NCBI GenBank assembly: GCA_965112735.1
Contig: OZ218953.1
Span: forward strand, 744,001 to 808,000
DNA: 64,000 nt
DNA from: Phaeosaccion multiseriatum
Taxonomy: Eukaryota; Protista; Ochrophyta, other classes
Direction of reading: 5' to 3'
The notes under the pieces were generated by a model, which did not search any database, was not told the origin of the DNA, and worked only from the letters and a program-made list of their open reading frames with translations. This document shows, in pieces, positions 11,034 through 24,102 of the stretch. Made by a program: the position numbers and the translations under genes. Position 1 is the first letter of the stretch; each line of letters starts with the position of its first letter.

Positions 11034-12931
11034 GCGCGGTAGAGCTCGCCCATGAGATGCCTCACTCCCTGCACAGCCTCCGCCTCCGTCTTGGGCCCCG
11101 CAGACAGCACCTGTAGGAAAGACGCTGCCATGGCCAACACGTCTCCATCGAGCTCCTCTATCGTCACATCTGTAAACGTCTCTTCTACAGGCGGGGGCGG
11201 GGGGGGTGGGGGCGTTCGGGCTCTCGATGCTGCTGTCGCTGGTGCTCCCTTGGGTCCTGCTTCTCCCTTCGGAGGCTGCTGCCGCCCCCCCGCGTGGTCG
11301 GAGTCGTGCTGATGGGGCTGGGGTTTCGCCAGGATGCTCCCAGCAGCTCCCTCCTCCGTGCCCCCGCCCCCCTCGCTCTTTACTCTAACCTGCACTAGGC
11401 CTTTCCCATCCACTCCTCCTGCTCCTCCTCTTTCTTCTTGTCCCCCCTTTCCTCGCTTCCCCCGTCCCTCCGCGCCCTTCTCTCCAGCATGCTCCTCCTT
11501 GAGTACCTCCTTGCGTAGCCCCCCCCCCGGGTCCGGAGGCATCCCCGTCAGCTTGTGCTCCTGAATATGGCGATCCCCTCTTCCCACCCCCCCGTTAAAC
11601 TGCCCCACGTCTCGGGGATCTGCCCCTGCTTTTGCCCCTGCTTCTGCCCCTGCTGCTGCCACTCCGTTCTTCACGTCTTGTGCCCGCGTCCCCTCGGTGT
11701 GAAAGCCTTCACCGGTGGTCGCCCTCCGAGATGCCTCACCAACGCGAGACCGAGTTCCCGCGCGGCCGAACTCTGCATCGACAGCAGTGGCAGGGCGCAG
11801 TGAGGGGGGAGGAGCCAATGGGGCGTCGGCCCTACCCCCTCTCCTGCCGTCCCGCTCGCCCCCCCCTGCTCCTGCTGCGGCCCCTCCGCCTTCTCTTTGC
11901 GGAGTAGTTGGGAGCTTCCTTTTTCGCCCTCGCTTGCCCCCGCCCGAGGCAGAAGCTGTTTCTTCTTTGCCGTTCGTTCCCACGTGGTCATGGGCTGCCG
12001 TCGCTAACCCTAACCCCGAGATGGAACTGGCGGTGACGACAGGGGATGAGCGGATGGCAGCATCTCCGTCGCGAAGAGCGCCCACTGCAGTGGCACCTGC
12101 CGCTGAAGGCAAAGGCACCCCTCCATCTACGCCATTTGCCCCTCCTCCCCTATCGTCTCCTCCTCCTCCTCCTCCTCCTCCTCCTCCTCCTCCTCCTCCT
12201 CCTCCTCCTCCTCCTCCTCCTCTTCCTGCGCTTCTCGCCCGGCCGCTCCATGTCTCATCAATCTCTGTGGCTCCCGTCCCTCCTCCGCCTCCCTCTTGCT
12301 GTCCCCCATTCGCACAATCCTCCGCCTGCTCCCGTCCACCCGCTGTTGTCGCGAAAGCCCCCCCCTCCTCAAGTACAGCTCCTGCTCCTCCTTCCTCCCC
12401 ACCGTTGCTCGTACCAGGACTGCTCCTGCGACCGTCATCGATGCCACAAATGCCGTTATTGCTTCCTCCCTCGGTATCTCCGCCCTCAAGAAGCAGCGCC
12501 GTAGTCTCTGTTGACGCGGAAGGACTTGACATGGCAAGCGCAGCATCCAGGGTAGAGAGCTGCTTCATTAACACAGCAAGCTTGTCCCGCGCAACCCGTA
12601 GCTCCGGATCGGGATCCTCCTCGTCGTCGTCCTTTTCGGCAGCTTGTGCGTGGCCCTCACAGCCTTTCAACGCCCCCGCCTTCGTGTCCCCACTGCCCCC
12701 GCAGAGGAGACCACCCTCCCCTGCAAGCTCGGATTCCGCTTCCCCACTGCGATTACTGCTGCTTCCCCTTTCCCTCTTCTGTCCTACAACTCCGACTCTC
12801 TCGGCCGTGCCTGGTTGGGTCGGTATCTTTCCTCCGCCTCGTTTCCTCTTCTTTCCGTCCGTCTGCTCCCGGCTCTCAGCCTGCGTTCCGACCCCCTCCT
12901 CCTCCTCCTCATGAGGGAAGGACGGCGACAT
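6379..12931 (-). CDS. Large low-complexity protein with C-terminal PEHE-like domain (MSL1/KANSL1-like)
   Basis: Three long ORFs are joinable through GT-AG introns (donor 10509, acceptor ~10400; ~8655-8518; ~8184-7978). The C-terminus PEIIKPMFFRID...EDTSDEAFLERHTRNLVEMK matches the PEHE pattern. The start may lie in a short upstream exon near 13076 (MKEAHIDVVKKGKGKKPK). Confidence 0.6.
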
Positions 12932-13263
12932 GCCTCACTCGAAGTCGCCGCCGCATCAGGAGAAGGAATTTGGTGCGGAAGGGCCAAGGCCGGAGGAGGT
13001 GAGGCCCATACACCTCCAGATTTTTTGGCTTCTTTCCCTTGCCCTTTTTGACCACGTCGATGTGTGCTTCTTTCATTATATGTTGATTATTGCTACGACA
13101 GAGCACGTGTATGTCACTCGCTCCACCTGCTACGAATGCGGCAAGCATCAAGCTCCACGTATCGATGTCAACTTTTGCGCATGTCGAGGTCGACTTTGTT
13201 AGGCCGCTGGGCGGATGGGCCAGCTGGGCAGGTCCAAGCCACGCCACGACAGCAGCAAACTCT

Positions 13264-15037
13264 CTAAATCTGACCAAAGTTCTGATGTCCTGTAGACTTG
13301 GCGTGTTCTTGCGCGCCCGTTTGTCCCACCAGTCCCGTGCCACACACGAGACACTTTAAATCGAAGTTCGCAACGTCTGTGAATTGTCTTTTTTCTCGGA
13401 GTGATCGAGCCACCTGGGAGGAGGGAGGGAGGGAAGGAAGGAGGCAAAAATAAATCACTGCGGCCAGAGACAACGCCGCAGCGGAGAACAAAAAAAAGTC
13501 TCAACAAAGGGAGTGGACTGGGCCGCACGGTGAAGAGATCCCGGCAGAGCTATACGCGGTAATGGATCTCCAACCTCCTTGCCCACATATCCACCAGTAG
13601 CAGAGCAGCGCAGCGCCACGCCTCCCTCCCCCTCCTCACCCCTTCCCACCCCACCCCTGCTTGACTGCCTGACACTGACCGAGGTCGCCGCTTCTAATTT
13701 GGAGGCGTCTTTCGGATCGAAGAGTGTAACGTCCGTGCTGCTGCTCCTGTCTGTGCCTGTGCCTGTGCCCTCGTTCTCCCTCCCCGTGGCCCGTGCCGAC
13801 TCGAAGTTCTCGGCCAACGCGTCGAAGTGTATCCCGTCATATATCACGTAGAGCCTCTGCGTGTAGCCGGAGCCTTCCCCGTAAATGTAGCTCCGTAGGG
13901 TTTGGATGTCGACTGCTGCAATCTCCTTGCCCAAGTACTGACTGCGTGGGGGGGGGGGGGGTGCAGGAGAGGGGAGGCACAGGGGTTGGGGAAGAGAGGG
14001 AAAGTCGGGACTCGCGCAGGAGAGCGAAAACGACGCGTGACAAGTGGGAGGTCGGCGGACGACGCGGTCTCGGAGTACCGCGACAACCCCCCTAAACCCT
14101 CTGCGTGAGTGCACACTCAAAATTAATGCACGTCTCCAAAGGGCACACGCCACTGTCCGTTCCGACCCTGAGCCTTTGACAATGGATAAATGTCGCCAGC
14201 GTTTGGCCTCAGTGTTATTTAAAAAATTAAAATGAAGCTCCACCCCACGCTGACTCCCTCCGTGGACAAGGCCCCAAGGCGCCACAACCCCAGACTAACA
14301 AGTCAGCCAGCTACTCCTCATCTTGACGCACCTTAGAATGTTCATTTCTATCTCCCCTCCCCAATTCTGCGGCGCTTTGATCCAGGCTGCGTATGCCGAG
14401 GGGGGCTTGCCGAGGACGGCTTCGGAGTACTGCGCGGGGTGGGCCAAGACCTCGTCCGACACTATTTGTCGCAGGTAGAGCCCTCCTTTGAGGCCTTGGC
14501 CCAGGCAGTACCCCACAGAGTTAAACAGACAACTGGAAGGTGTACGTGACGTGGTGAGGAAATAATAAGTGCCACACGTATGTTGGTTGGGGCCTCATGT
14601 TTTGTTCGCACACATCCTCCAGCCAGGCACCACAGCCGCCCTCACCTGTTGTCCGCATCGATGATCCTCCGTATAAAGACTCTCCGGCCGCTGCCTGCTG
14701 CGCTGCTGGGTTGGCTTTTTTGTACTGTGGGCTTCTTCGCTGCTCCTTGGTGCGTCCCCGGCGGCGAGGCGGACTCCTCAGCCCGCCTCTTACAACTTGA
14801 CGGTGATGCTGCATCTACTCCTGCTGGTGGCGGAGCCTCTGCTGCTGCCTCCACAGTAGGAGCAGGAGGAGGGGGCGAAGTGGCATTTCCCGCATTCTCC
14901 TTGGGGATGCTCGCGAGACACTCCTGCAGGGCCGCATCGAAGTCCCCCCTCGAAATGCGAAGAGCCCGCATCACCACCTTCTGCGGGAAACCCATCCCCT
15001 CCAGCTCCTCCCTCATCGAGCCGCCTCCAAGCTCCAT
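13264..15037 (-). CDS. OTU1: OTU1/YOD1-like deubiquitinase: UBA - OTU - C2H2 zinc finger, 4 exons
   Basis: Spliced product contains RRIIDADNSCLFNSVGY (catalytic Cys), LRQIV..YSEAVLGK..Y..WI...NWGGEIE, YDGIHFDAL (catalytic His) and FTDVANFDLKCLVCGTGLVGQTGAQEHAKSTGHQNFGQI. N-terminal LEGMGFPQKVVMRALRISRGDFDAALQECL is UBA-like. Confidence 0.92.
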
Positions 15038-15271
15038 CTCTCTCCCCTTCAAGAACAAAAAAAAATGGCTTGCTTCAAAAGACGATAACGCCGGTGTCGC
15101 TCCGCTCGTCAGGTGCCATATCGTATGCCTCCAAATGCACAGACCGCGTCATCGAGAAGGAGAAGAGGGGAAAATTGCTCGGTTGCGCATTGCAAAGAGT
15201 CACGGGCCCTGACGAGGAGGAGAAGGAAAATCCAGGGCTGCAACTCAGGAGGACCTTGGAGGGCACAAACC

Positions 15272-17244
15272 ATGAAGGACTCCTGTGTGTTTGTGGCGGC
15301 CTTCTTGGCTGGCAGCTCAGGCGTCTTATGTTTTGCCCCGCCCCTCTCACCATTGGGAATATCCGGGCCGGTGGCGCGTGGCTCAGACCTGTCTGCCATG
15401 GCGGGCGGCAGGAAAGGGGGGGCGCGAGGGGGGGGGTCGCTGGAAGATTGCGGGAGGTCTTCAAGGTGTCCATGTAGCAGATGCAGTAGCGGCAGGAGCA
15501 GCGGTGGTAGTAGCAGCAGGGTAGGATCGGGGGGGACGAGGAGACGGGTGGGGCGGAGAGCACTGGGCCAGACTTTTTTGTCCTTGTCCTCTATGCGAGA
15601 CTCGCTTCAAGGGCCGCAGCCTCAATCGGGTGGTAGGGCGGGGGGGGACCGTGGCAGCAGCCAGCTGGAGATGACAGGCTTGGATTGGGCGGCGGAGGAG
15701 CAAAAGCAGGACCAGCTGCAGGCCCAGGGGCAGCAGCAGGCCCAGGGGAAAGGGTCGCTGTTTGCCTACAATCTGGCGGACGAGCAAGAGCACGAGGGGA
15801 AGGGTACGGCCCTCATGGTGGCGTCGGCGGGACTGGGTGACGAGGGCGACAGGGTGGAGGCTGCAGAGGAGGCAGGCAGCGGGGTGGGGGAAGGGGAGCT
15901 ACCGGCCAACTTTTGGCTGTACCGGGGCATGCTCGTAGCGGTGGCCCTCATCTTTGGCACCAACTTTGGCACGGTCAAGTTCATGGAGAACGCCGGCGCT
16001 GTGGGAAGCACGACCAACCTCTTGCGCTTCGGCATCTCGGCCCTTTCCCTCAGCCCCTTTCTCAAGGGCATCAAGACGGACGTTTTGCTTGGGGGTATGG
16101 AGTGTGGACTGTGGATCGCCCTTGGGTACGCCACCCAGACCATCGCGCTACTGACCACCGACTCCAACAAGAGCGCCTTCCTCTGCAGTCTGACGGTGGT
16201 CGTCGTGCCCATCATCAATTGGCTCCAGGGAAAAGGTGCGAGACGACATCACAGGACTTGGTCGTGTCGTGTCATGCTTACTGATTGCAGTGTGTCTGCC
16301 CTATGTAGTCCGTCCTACCTCCTTCCATCTCCTTCTCATGACTTGAGAATGTAAGATTCGTATTGCGACGGATATCCGTGACGTCACGCATGCCTCCCCT
16401 CCATATTTTTACCACCCACCCACCTTCCCTCCCCTCTCCCTGCCCTCCCTCCCAGGTGTCAAAAAGGAGACTCTCTACGCCGCCGCCACAGCCCTGGCAG
16501 GCACCGCTCTCCTCACGCTCGGCGAGTCCGCCACTATTAGCACAGGAGACTTGTGGGCTCTCGGCCAGGCCGTGGGCTTTGGCATCGCCTTCACAAGAGT
16601 AGAGCACTACTCCAACAAGTTTCCAGGCCAGGCCTTGGCGCTCTCTGCAGGGCAAATGGTTTCCGTAGCCGGGGTGTCCGCCCTGTGGTACATCTTTGAC
16701 AATGGCCTCACCTTACCGGACATCTCTCTGTACACGAGCAACTCCGGTCTCATTGCAGCGTTGGCGTACACTGGCCTCATCACCACCTCCTTTGCGGTGT
16801 GGTTGGAGACAGTGGCGCTGGAGCGCGTTCCTGCTTCAGAGATGAGCGTCATCTTTGCGACTGAGCCGCTCTTTGCAGCAGTCTTCTCCAGGTACGAGGA
16901 GGAAGAGGGCATGTGTATGGGCACGCATTGTGGGATTTGGGGAGGGAGGGGAGGGAGAGGATGTGGTGCCTCAAGCCTCATGGATGGGAGAGGGGAGAAG
17001 GAACAGGCGCTCAACATGCCTATAAAGGCAATGCTTTCGTTGGGCTCATATGGCTTCGTATTTCTTAACTCTCCCTTTACCATTCCGTTTCGTCCGATGC
17101 TGCAGCTTCTTGCTCGGGGAGACAATGGGCCCCCAGTCGATCGGAGGTGCTGCGCTCATTCTCGGCGCCTGCCTCATCGCCCAGGGCCCTCAGCTCAAGC
17201 AGATGGGCAGCACCCTCAAGGGGGCCCTCATGAAGAAGAAGTAG
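15272..17244 (+). CDS. EamA/DMT superfamily transporter, probably plastid-targeted, 3 exons
   Basis: Signal peptide followed by LC|FAPP (ASAFAP-like). TM motifs ALIFGTNFGTVK, LLRFGISAL, ALGYATQTIALLTTDSNKSAFLCSLTVVVVP, YTGLITTSFAVWLETVALERVPASEMSVIFATEPLFAAVFS and LLGETMGPQSIGGAALILGA. Confidence 0.88.
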
Positions 17245-18174
17245 CGGTCGTGAGGGGGGAGCAGGGTGGGAGGAAGTACCGCAGCCTGTTTGTGCTCTCG
17301 GCTCCAGCTTTGGGAGTGAGTGGGCTCTTGGCAGGAGTGGGGGCGAGCGAAAGCGTTTCGCGAAGCAGTGTCGGACGAAGGGAGCAAACGTGAGCATACG
17401 CATGTGCAGAGGCTTTCGTCTTCTGCGCACGGGCTCTCGAGGCCTGCCTGACTGCCTGCCTGCATGTCTGTCTGTCCATCTGTCTGCCCGAGAGGGGGAG
17501 AGCCGGAAGCAGAACGAGCTGAGCAGAACCGGGGCAGGAAGCGACCCAGCAGAGAGGGCGATTTTGATGCTGCTGCTGTTGCTGTTGGGAAATGGAGGAA
17601 GAGGGAAGGGGGTTTGGAAGGGCCACCGCGAGAAGCAGTAACAGTAGCGGGGTAAGCGGGCGGCGAACGCAGAGGGAGGAGGTGAGGCGGGGGAGGAAAC
17701 GGGTCTGGCGATCTCACAGAGAAGTGGCCGGGTGTGACCGGCCAGGCCACGCCAAGCCAGGCCACGCCAAGCCAGGCCACGCCAGGCTAGGCTCGGATGA
17801 GGGTGATGTACAGGTGATATACTAGACATATATTTATATAGAGGAGGGTATTTAAAATATTTATTAGACGGTGGGGAAGGGTGGGTTGGGTGGGGTGGAG
17901 GGGCTAATCACTAAAGCCTAGGCCCCTGAATGTAGGCCCGGAGGACGGACCCGCAAATAGGCACATCAGGCGACAGATTTCGGCGACGACGGGAGAGGTT
18001 GGAATAGCGAATGGAGGGAGGGAGCGAAATAGGCTCTTACACACATCATAATCGGGGGCGGTGCGTGCTCGTGTATTTGAAGCCACAATAGGCGGAGAGT
18101 GCTTTCCGCGCTCCATTCTGAACGGTAATTGAATGGATCGAAAGAGAGATGAAGTCTACTGTGGTGCTGTGGTA

Positions 18175-18236
18175 TCACCACGGCGTAAAGTCACGAAGCT
18201 CCCCAAAGCTCTTGCTCATCGACAACACAGTTATCG

Positions 18237-18268
<32 letters not shown>

Positions 18269-19674
18269 GCAGGAAGCTCCCCCCCCCCCCCTCCTCCTGC
18301 TGCTGCTGCCACTGCCGAACGTACGCGTCTCCCATGCCATCGAAAAGCAGTGTCGGGGAACAGGCGCTGCCACTCGACCACCCACCCTTCTTCCTCCGCC
18401 CGCTGCTCATCCAACCCCTCACCTGTCTCCTCTCGCTGGCCACATTCGTCATTGCCGACAGCATGGCTATGTGACTTGGTGACACAGCAGCCTGCCGTGT
18501 CCTCCCAAAGAAGGAGGACGGGCACCTCCTTCCTCTCGCTGCTTCTCTTCTCGTGTCTCGCTGCGAGAGATGCTGATGTTGCTTTTGACCGTGCTGGTGG
18601 TTGGGGTGGCGGTGAAGCATCCTCCGACCGCCTCTGCCTCTTCTCATGCTGGTTCTGACGGTGAAGCCTTGTGCAGCGAAACCCCATCTTGTAGGCCGTC
18701 TCCAGCATGTGGTGCGTCATCAGAGAGCCTCGACGGGGAACAAAGGCCATGAGCAGCTTTCCCCGCTGCCCCCCCTCTGCCTCGCGAGCTCCCCTCCTCC
18801 CACTGGTACTGCTACTACTATTGCTATTACCCGCACGGGTTCCACAGGCAATACAATCCTTCTCCTCCTCCTCCTCCTCCTCCTCCTCGGGCGACGGACG
18901 CCGCAACAGGCGACGCACTGTGAGGAAGAAGCAGGCGACAGTGTCCTTGTCCATGGTAGCTGGAGCTACTCTCTCACCCCCACCTTCAGCGGTAGGCAGC
19001 TCCGACAGCTCCGGATACAGGCAGTCGGACGCAAGGATCAGGCCGAAAGAGCGTCCCGCCTCCAGCGCCTGGGCACAACGGGCAGGCCTGTGCGAAGATG
19101 CAGACGCGTTTTGTTCTGGGCCGGGCAGGGGCAGGGGCAGGGGCAGAGGAGGTCCCACGTGCAGTGCTCCACCAGGGGTGCACGTGAAGGGGTCTTCTTC
19201 GGTCCATTCTAGATATCGCACATCGAAGACGGCAGCAGCAGTTGAAGGATACTCCACCTGCTGCAGTAGATGCGGCTGCTGCTCAAGTGATTGGACATTT
19301 GCGCGCAAAAGGTGGAGGGCGGGTTCGAAAGAGTCTGTCAGCACCGCTCCTTTCCCACAGAGTAGCCCAGCTGTGATGCCGCAAAGTCCTAAGCCGCTGC
19401 CCAGCTCGAGCACCCCGTAGAGACGTCCCAAGGCCAGCAACTCTCCGGACGCTCGTGTCGTGCTCTCTCCTTCATCGGGGGCTTCCGTCGCCGAAGCAGC
19501 GAGAAAGCGGGAGAGGATAAGGGCGCTGTTCCACAGGTAGACGCCACTGGTGTCCACGGCGGAAGTCGAGCCAGCGGTAGTGGTAGCAGGAGCCGGGTCG
19601 GACAGGAGGGAAATCTTCAGTCGGCCATTCAAAGCTATCTCTTGTCTGCTCCTCATCAGCAGCCCCATCCCCAT
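18175..19674 (-). CDS. METTL21/Methyltransf_16-family protein methyltransferase, apparently single exon
   Basis: DTSGVYLWNSALILSRFL, motif I VLELGSGLGLCGI, post-I VLTD, LEW, motif II LILASDCLY. Confidence 0.85.
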
Positions 19675-19836
19675 CCATAGGAGCCGCTGCTGCTTCTCTT
19701 TCCAAGCAAACTAGTGCTATTAACCTGGTGGTCTTCTCATTGCTCTGTCGGTGCTGCGAAGGGCGCAGATTGTTTTTTTACTTTTAGCCACATCACTCTT
19801 CCCTCTTCCCCTCCCCCTCTTTTCCTCAACACCCCA

Positions 19837-22580
19837 ATGCTGAAGCGGCAAGAGAGCAGCAGCAGCTGGAGCAGCAGGAAGGGTCAGACTTCCGCTACGA
19901 GAAGACGACGAGCGTGGAGATTGGCCCGGAGAGGAGCAGCTGCAGCGACAGGAGCAGGGTCAGAGGGAGGCTTTGTCGTGTGGCATCTTCTGCTTCTACT
20001 TGCCGTGATTGGGCAGGAGAGACCCATGGGATCCTTCTCTTGTGGTGCGCATGCCCTCCATCTGAACGTGCAGCCGTCTTCACGAGCCGAGAAGCTCTCG
20101 TTCATCAGGAGGAGCGATTGCAGTAGTGAGGGGGTTGGCAAGGGGAAGAGGCGGGCTCTGCCATTTTCTCCGTCGTCTGCATCAGCATCCACATCTCTGC
20201 ACAGCTCCCCCAGTAGCAGCACTGTAGCAGCAGGCACAACAGGCGACGAAGGAGTGAGATGGCGAGAGGAGGAGGAGGAGGAGGAGGAGGAGGAGGAGGA
20301 GGAAGACCCTACAGACTGGGATGAGCTACGTTTCGGCGGAATCAAGCGCCTGTATGGCCAAAGCAGTCCGACGCGAGCGGAGGGGGCTGCAACAGCACTC
20401 TCCCCCGAGCGTGTCACCGGTCGACTGGCGGCTGCTCACGTGTGCGTGGTCGGAGTAGGGGGCGTAGGCTCTTGGGCCGCCGAAGCACTGGCCAGGTCTG
20501 GCGTAGGATCGATCACTCTCATCGATCCCGACTCTGTCTGCGTGAGCAACACCAATCGCCAGCTCGTGGCCCTGACCTCAACCGTGGGGCAACCCAAAGT
20601 GTCTGTGCTGGAGAGGAGAATCGCCGACATAAACCCCCAGTGCAAAGTGACTGTCATCCAAGTGAGTACACGAGTGCGGGTGTGTGCGAGCGAGCGAGTG
20701 AGTGAGTGAGTGACTGAGGTTGTGCGTGTGTGTGTGCGTGCGTGCGTGCCGGTGTGGATGGTGATGGACCTCCCTCAGCTCGGCCCAGTCGCCAGCTGTG
20801 GCAAGCAATATACACAGACGTATGGCGAGGCCTTGTCCCCGGCCATACGGACTCTGTCATAACATCCACCGCCCTTGCCCTTATCGGCCACGGACAATCT
20901 GGGCAATCTGCTTCCTCTCTCTACACACCCCGCCGCAGGACTTTGTCACACAAGAATCAGTGGCGTCGCTCTTGGTGCTCCCCCCCTACAGAGAGGGAGA
21001 GGACGAGGACGAGGACGAGGTTGGGGAGGGAAGAGGGGCACAAGGTGGCGACAAAGGGGTGGGGGGTGCAGGCAGCACGGCGGGTGCCACTCCAGCTCCT
21101 TTGGCCCCTCCACTAGTGCGAGCTCGCTTCTCCTGCGTAATCGACGCCATCGACAACAGCTTTGACAAAGCGGAGATCATCCACGCCTGCAGGCTGGCCA
21201 GGCAGCCCGTCGTCGTTTGTGGCGGCGCGGGAGGGAGGTGCGTCCTGAAGCTTGGTACCCACTGAGTGCTGCTGCTGCTACTGCTGCTGCCTTTACCCTT
21301 CAAGCTTTCGAGCTTCATCTAACCTGAACCTTTGCTCAACTGGCCTGTCTTGTGTGTGCGCATGCCCAAATCAGAATGGATCCGACGCGCCTGGTGGTGG
21401 CGGATTTGACACGCACTGAGGGCTGCAACCTTCTTTTTCAAGTGCGCAAGATCCTTCGCAAGCGATACGCCTTCCCACGCACCACCAAGCGCATCAAAAG
21501 GGGCAAGAAGTGGGGGGTGGCCGCGGTGTTCAGCACGGAGCAAGTCAACGACGAGCGAGTTGGAGTTGCTGTTGCAGGAGGAGGAGGAGGAGGAGGAGGA
21601 GGAGCAGCAGCAGCAGCTGAGGAGGTGGAGGGGGAGACAGGAAATTCGGCAAGCTCAACAGAGGTAAGTCAGTCCGCCCGCTCACTCGCTCGATCGATCG
21701 AACAAGAAGCAAGCAACGAAAATGCTGTAGTTTGGGGGCGCGAAAGACAGGAAAGGAGGAGGACAGGGAAGGGGGACAAATCGCGCGACTCTTAAAAGAG
21801 ACCCCCGAACGGACAACAAAACACTGGCACCGATACTGGCTTCTTTTGATGTGCAGGCAGCAATCAGACACACACACACACACACACGCCCCCCGCTCCG
21901 CTCCTTCGGTCGTCCGTCGGTGGCTTATCTGTCTCTCAGTCAGTCTGTTTCTCTCTCTCTCCCCTCTCTCTCTCTCTCTCTCTCTCTCTCCTTCAGCAGC
22001 AGAGCCCAGAAAGGGCGTCGATGGCCTCTACGGAGACGGGTGGAGGGCTCGGAGCGTGCGACTCAGGCATGGGAACGGCGACGTTTGTCACAGGTGAGTG
22101 CGTACGTAAGTACGGGCAACACCCCACCCCCACAGAGGGCCTTTCGCACACAGCAGCAGCACATGGCTCCTCGTACTCCGAAGGACGAAGGAGTGTGCGT
22201 ATATCGCAGCCTACTATCCATCCCCGTCGGTCGGCTCCGTCCGCTGACAGAGAACACCTCCTGACGTCGACGGATACTCTTGGAAGGAGCATTCTTATCG
22301 TGTGGAGGACACAAGGACACAAACTGAGGGAAGGAAGGAAGGAAGGAAGGAAGAAAGAATGCCCCCCAGCCCCCCCACCAATCTGCGCCAATAGTCGCTT
22401 AAGCTCACCTCTGACGGAAAGTGGTGCCCTTCTCTCTCCCCCCCTCTCTCTTGACTTGTTTGGTGCTGCCTGCCCCGTCTCCCATTGTCCTTGCCCCCCC
22501 TCACCCCCGCGACCACCGCCCTGCATCAGGGAGTATGGGTTTCTTCGCTGCTGCCGTGGCTGTCCGACTACTGGTGGAGG
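19837..22580 (+). CDS. tcdA: tRNA threonylcarbamoyladenosine dehydratase (TcdA/CsdL, ThiF family) moiety; N-terminal half of an apparent fusion
   Basis: LRFGGIKRLYG, HVCVVGVGGVGSWAAEALARSGVGSITLIDPDSVCVSNTNRQ, VIDAID, GGAGG|RMDPTRLVVADL, LLFQVRKILRK, VAAVFSTE and CDSGMGTATFVTG|SMGFFAA. Colinear with E. coli TcdA as recalled. Confidence 0.9.
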
Positions 22581-23262
22581 GGGTTGGGGTGCATACCCAA
22601 GGAGACCAAGGAGATAGCACACAAGGCGAGGAGTGCTGGAGCTGGACACATCACGCGCAGAAAGACGTGCACACCCTCCCCAGTGACCTCCTGTCTCCCT
22701 TCCTCACACCCGCACCTGCAACAGGAGCAGTTGGTGATACAGCAGCAGCAGCAACAGGCCTGTGGTCGTTGGAGAAGTCAGTGTCGGTGTCGGGCAAGGA
22801 TAGGGTTGAGGAGAGCAATGGGATGAGTGGTACAAGTAGCGGGGATAGGGAAGTCGTCGCGAGCGATGGCAGGGAACCAGCAGCAGCAGTTGGTGATACA
22901 GCAGCGCCAGGCGTTGCGCTCCATGGTTCCGGTGGCGGTGACGGTGGTAGTGTCAGACGCAGGTGGAGCGGCGGCGGTAGCAGCAGCAGCAACAATAGGA
23001 GGAGGAGGAGGGGTCGCAGTTACATGGGAAGCAGTGGAGGTCCGAGGCCGGCGGCTCCATCGACCGGTCGTGCGAATCGCGCTGTGGGGTGGAGGCTGGG
23101 AATGGCAGGGGCAGGAGCAGCAGAGGTAGAAGGAGAAGGAGAGGCGGCGCCACTGCCATCCTCGTCCTCGTCCGCCTCCTCCTCCTCACCGGTCGGGGTA
23201 TCGGCAGCGGGAGGGTCGTCTGGCGTGTCGCATTCGGGCGGCAGGAGCACAGGCGGTGGTTC

Positions 23263-23294
<32 letters not shown>

Positions 23295-23454
23295 ATAGTA
23301 GTAGCAGTAGTAGCAGTGGTAGCCAGGGTTCTTCGCCGCCCGAGCCACCAGAAAAGGCCGGTATTGGCGGTAACGGGCCGCCGCCGCCGGAGCCGCCTGC
23401 TGCTGCCCAGGGGGGCGACAAGCAACAGCAACAGCAGCAACAGCAGCAGCAGCC

Positions 23455-24031
23455 CGTAGTGCTGATGGACTCGCACTGCCATCTTCAGCTGCCCGGCGAG
23501 TGGAGAGGGAGCACGGGTGAGGTGCTGCACAGAGCGAGGGAGGCGGGAGTGCGGCAAGTGTCGCTGTGCTCCACCAACACGGAGGTGCGTGGGTGCGTGC
23601 GTGGGTGGGTGGGGGCCTTGCTTTCATGGATGGATTTTAAGTGGTGGATCCCTCTCCCGTCCTGTCCACTGCCATCCATCCTCCCACTCGAGCAGGACTG
23701 GGCCACAGTGGCCGCTCTCGCGGAGGAGTTTCCGGAGATGATTGCCCCCTCTTACGGTATTCACCCCTGGTGGGTGGCAGACCACCTCGCGGCTGCAGCG
23801 GCTGGTGCAGCAGCAGTTGGTGATACAGCCACAGTTGGTGGTGCAGCAGCAGTAGCAGCAGCAGCAGAGGCAGGTACCGATCAAGGAGAGAAGGTGAGTG
23901 AATCGTCTTCGCCGTCTGTGACGCAAGGAGAGCCCGAAGAGCACCAACCCCTTTTGGCGGAGCTCGCTTCCCCCCTCACCCCCGGTCAACCACCCTCTCA
24001 CCCCCCTCAAGCACCCTTTTCTCGGCACACA

Positions 24032-24102
<71 letters not shown>

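Noticed and set aside
11715-12914. Long plus-strand Pro/Ser-rich ORFs opposite the PEHE gene (similar ones opposite the ankyrin and PMS2 genes)
   Set aside because: Expected antisense ORFs in GC-rich low-complexity coding DNA; splice signals support the minus strand.
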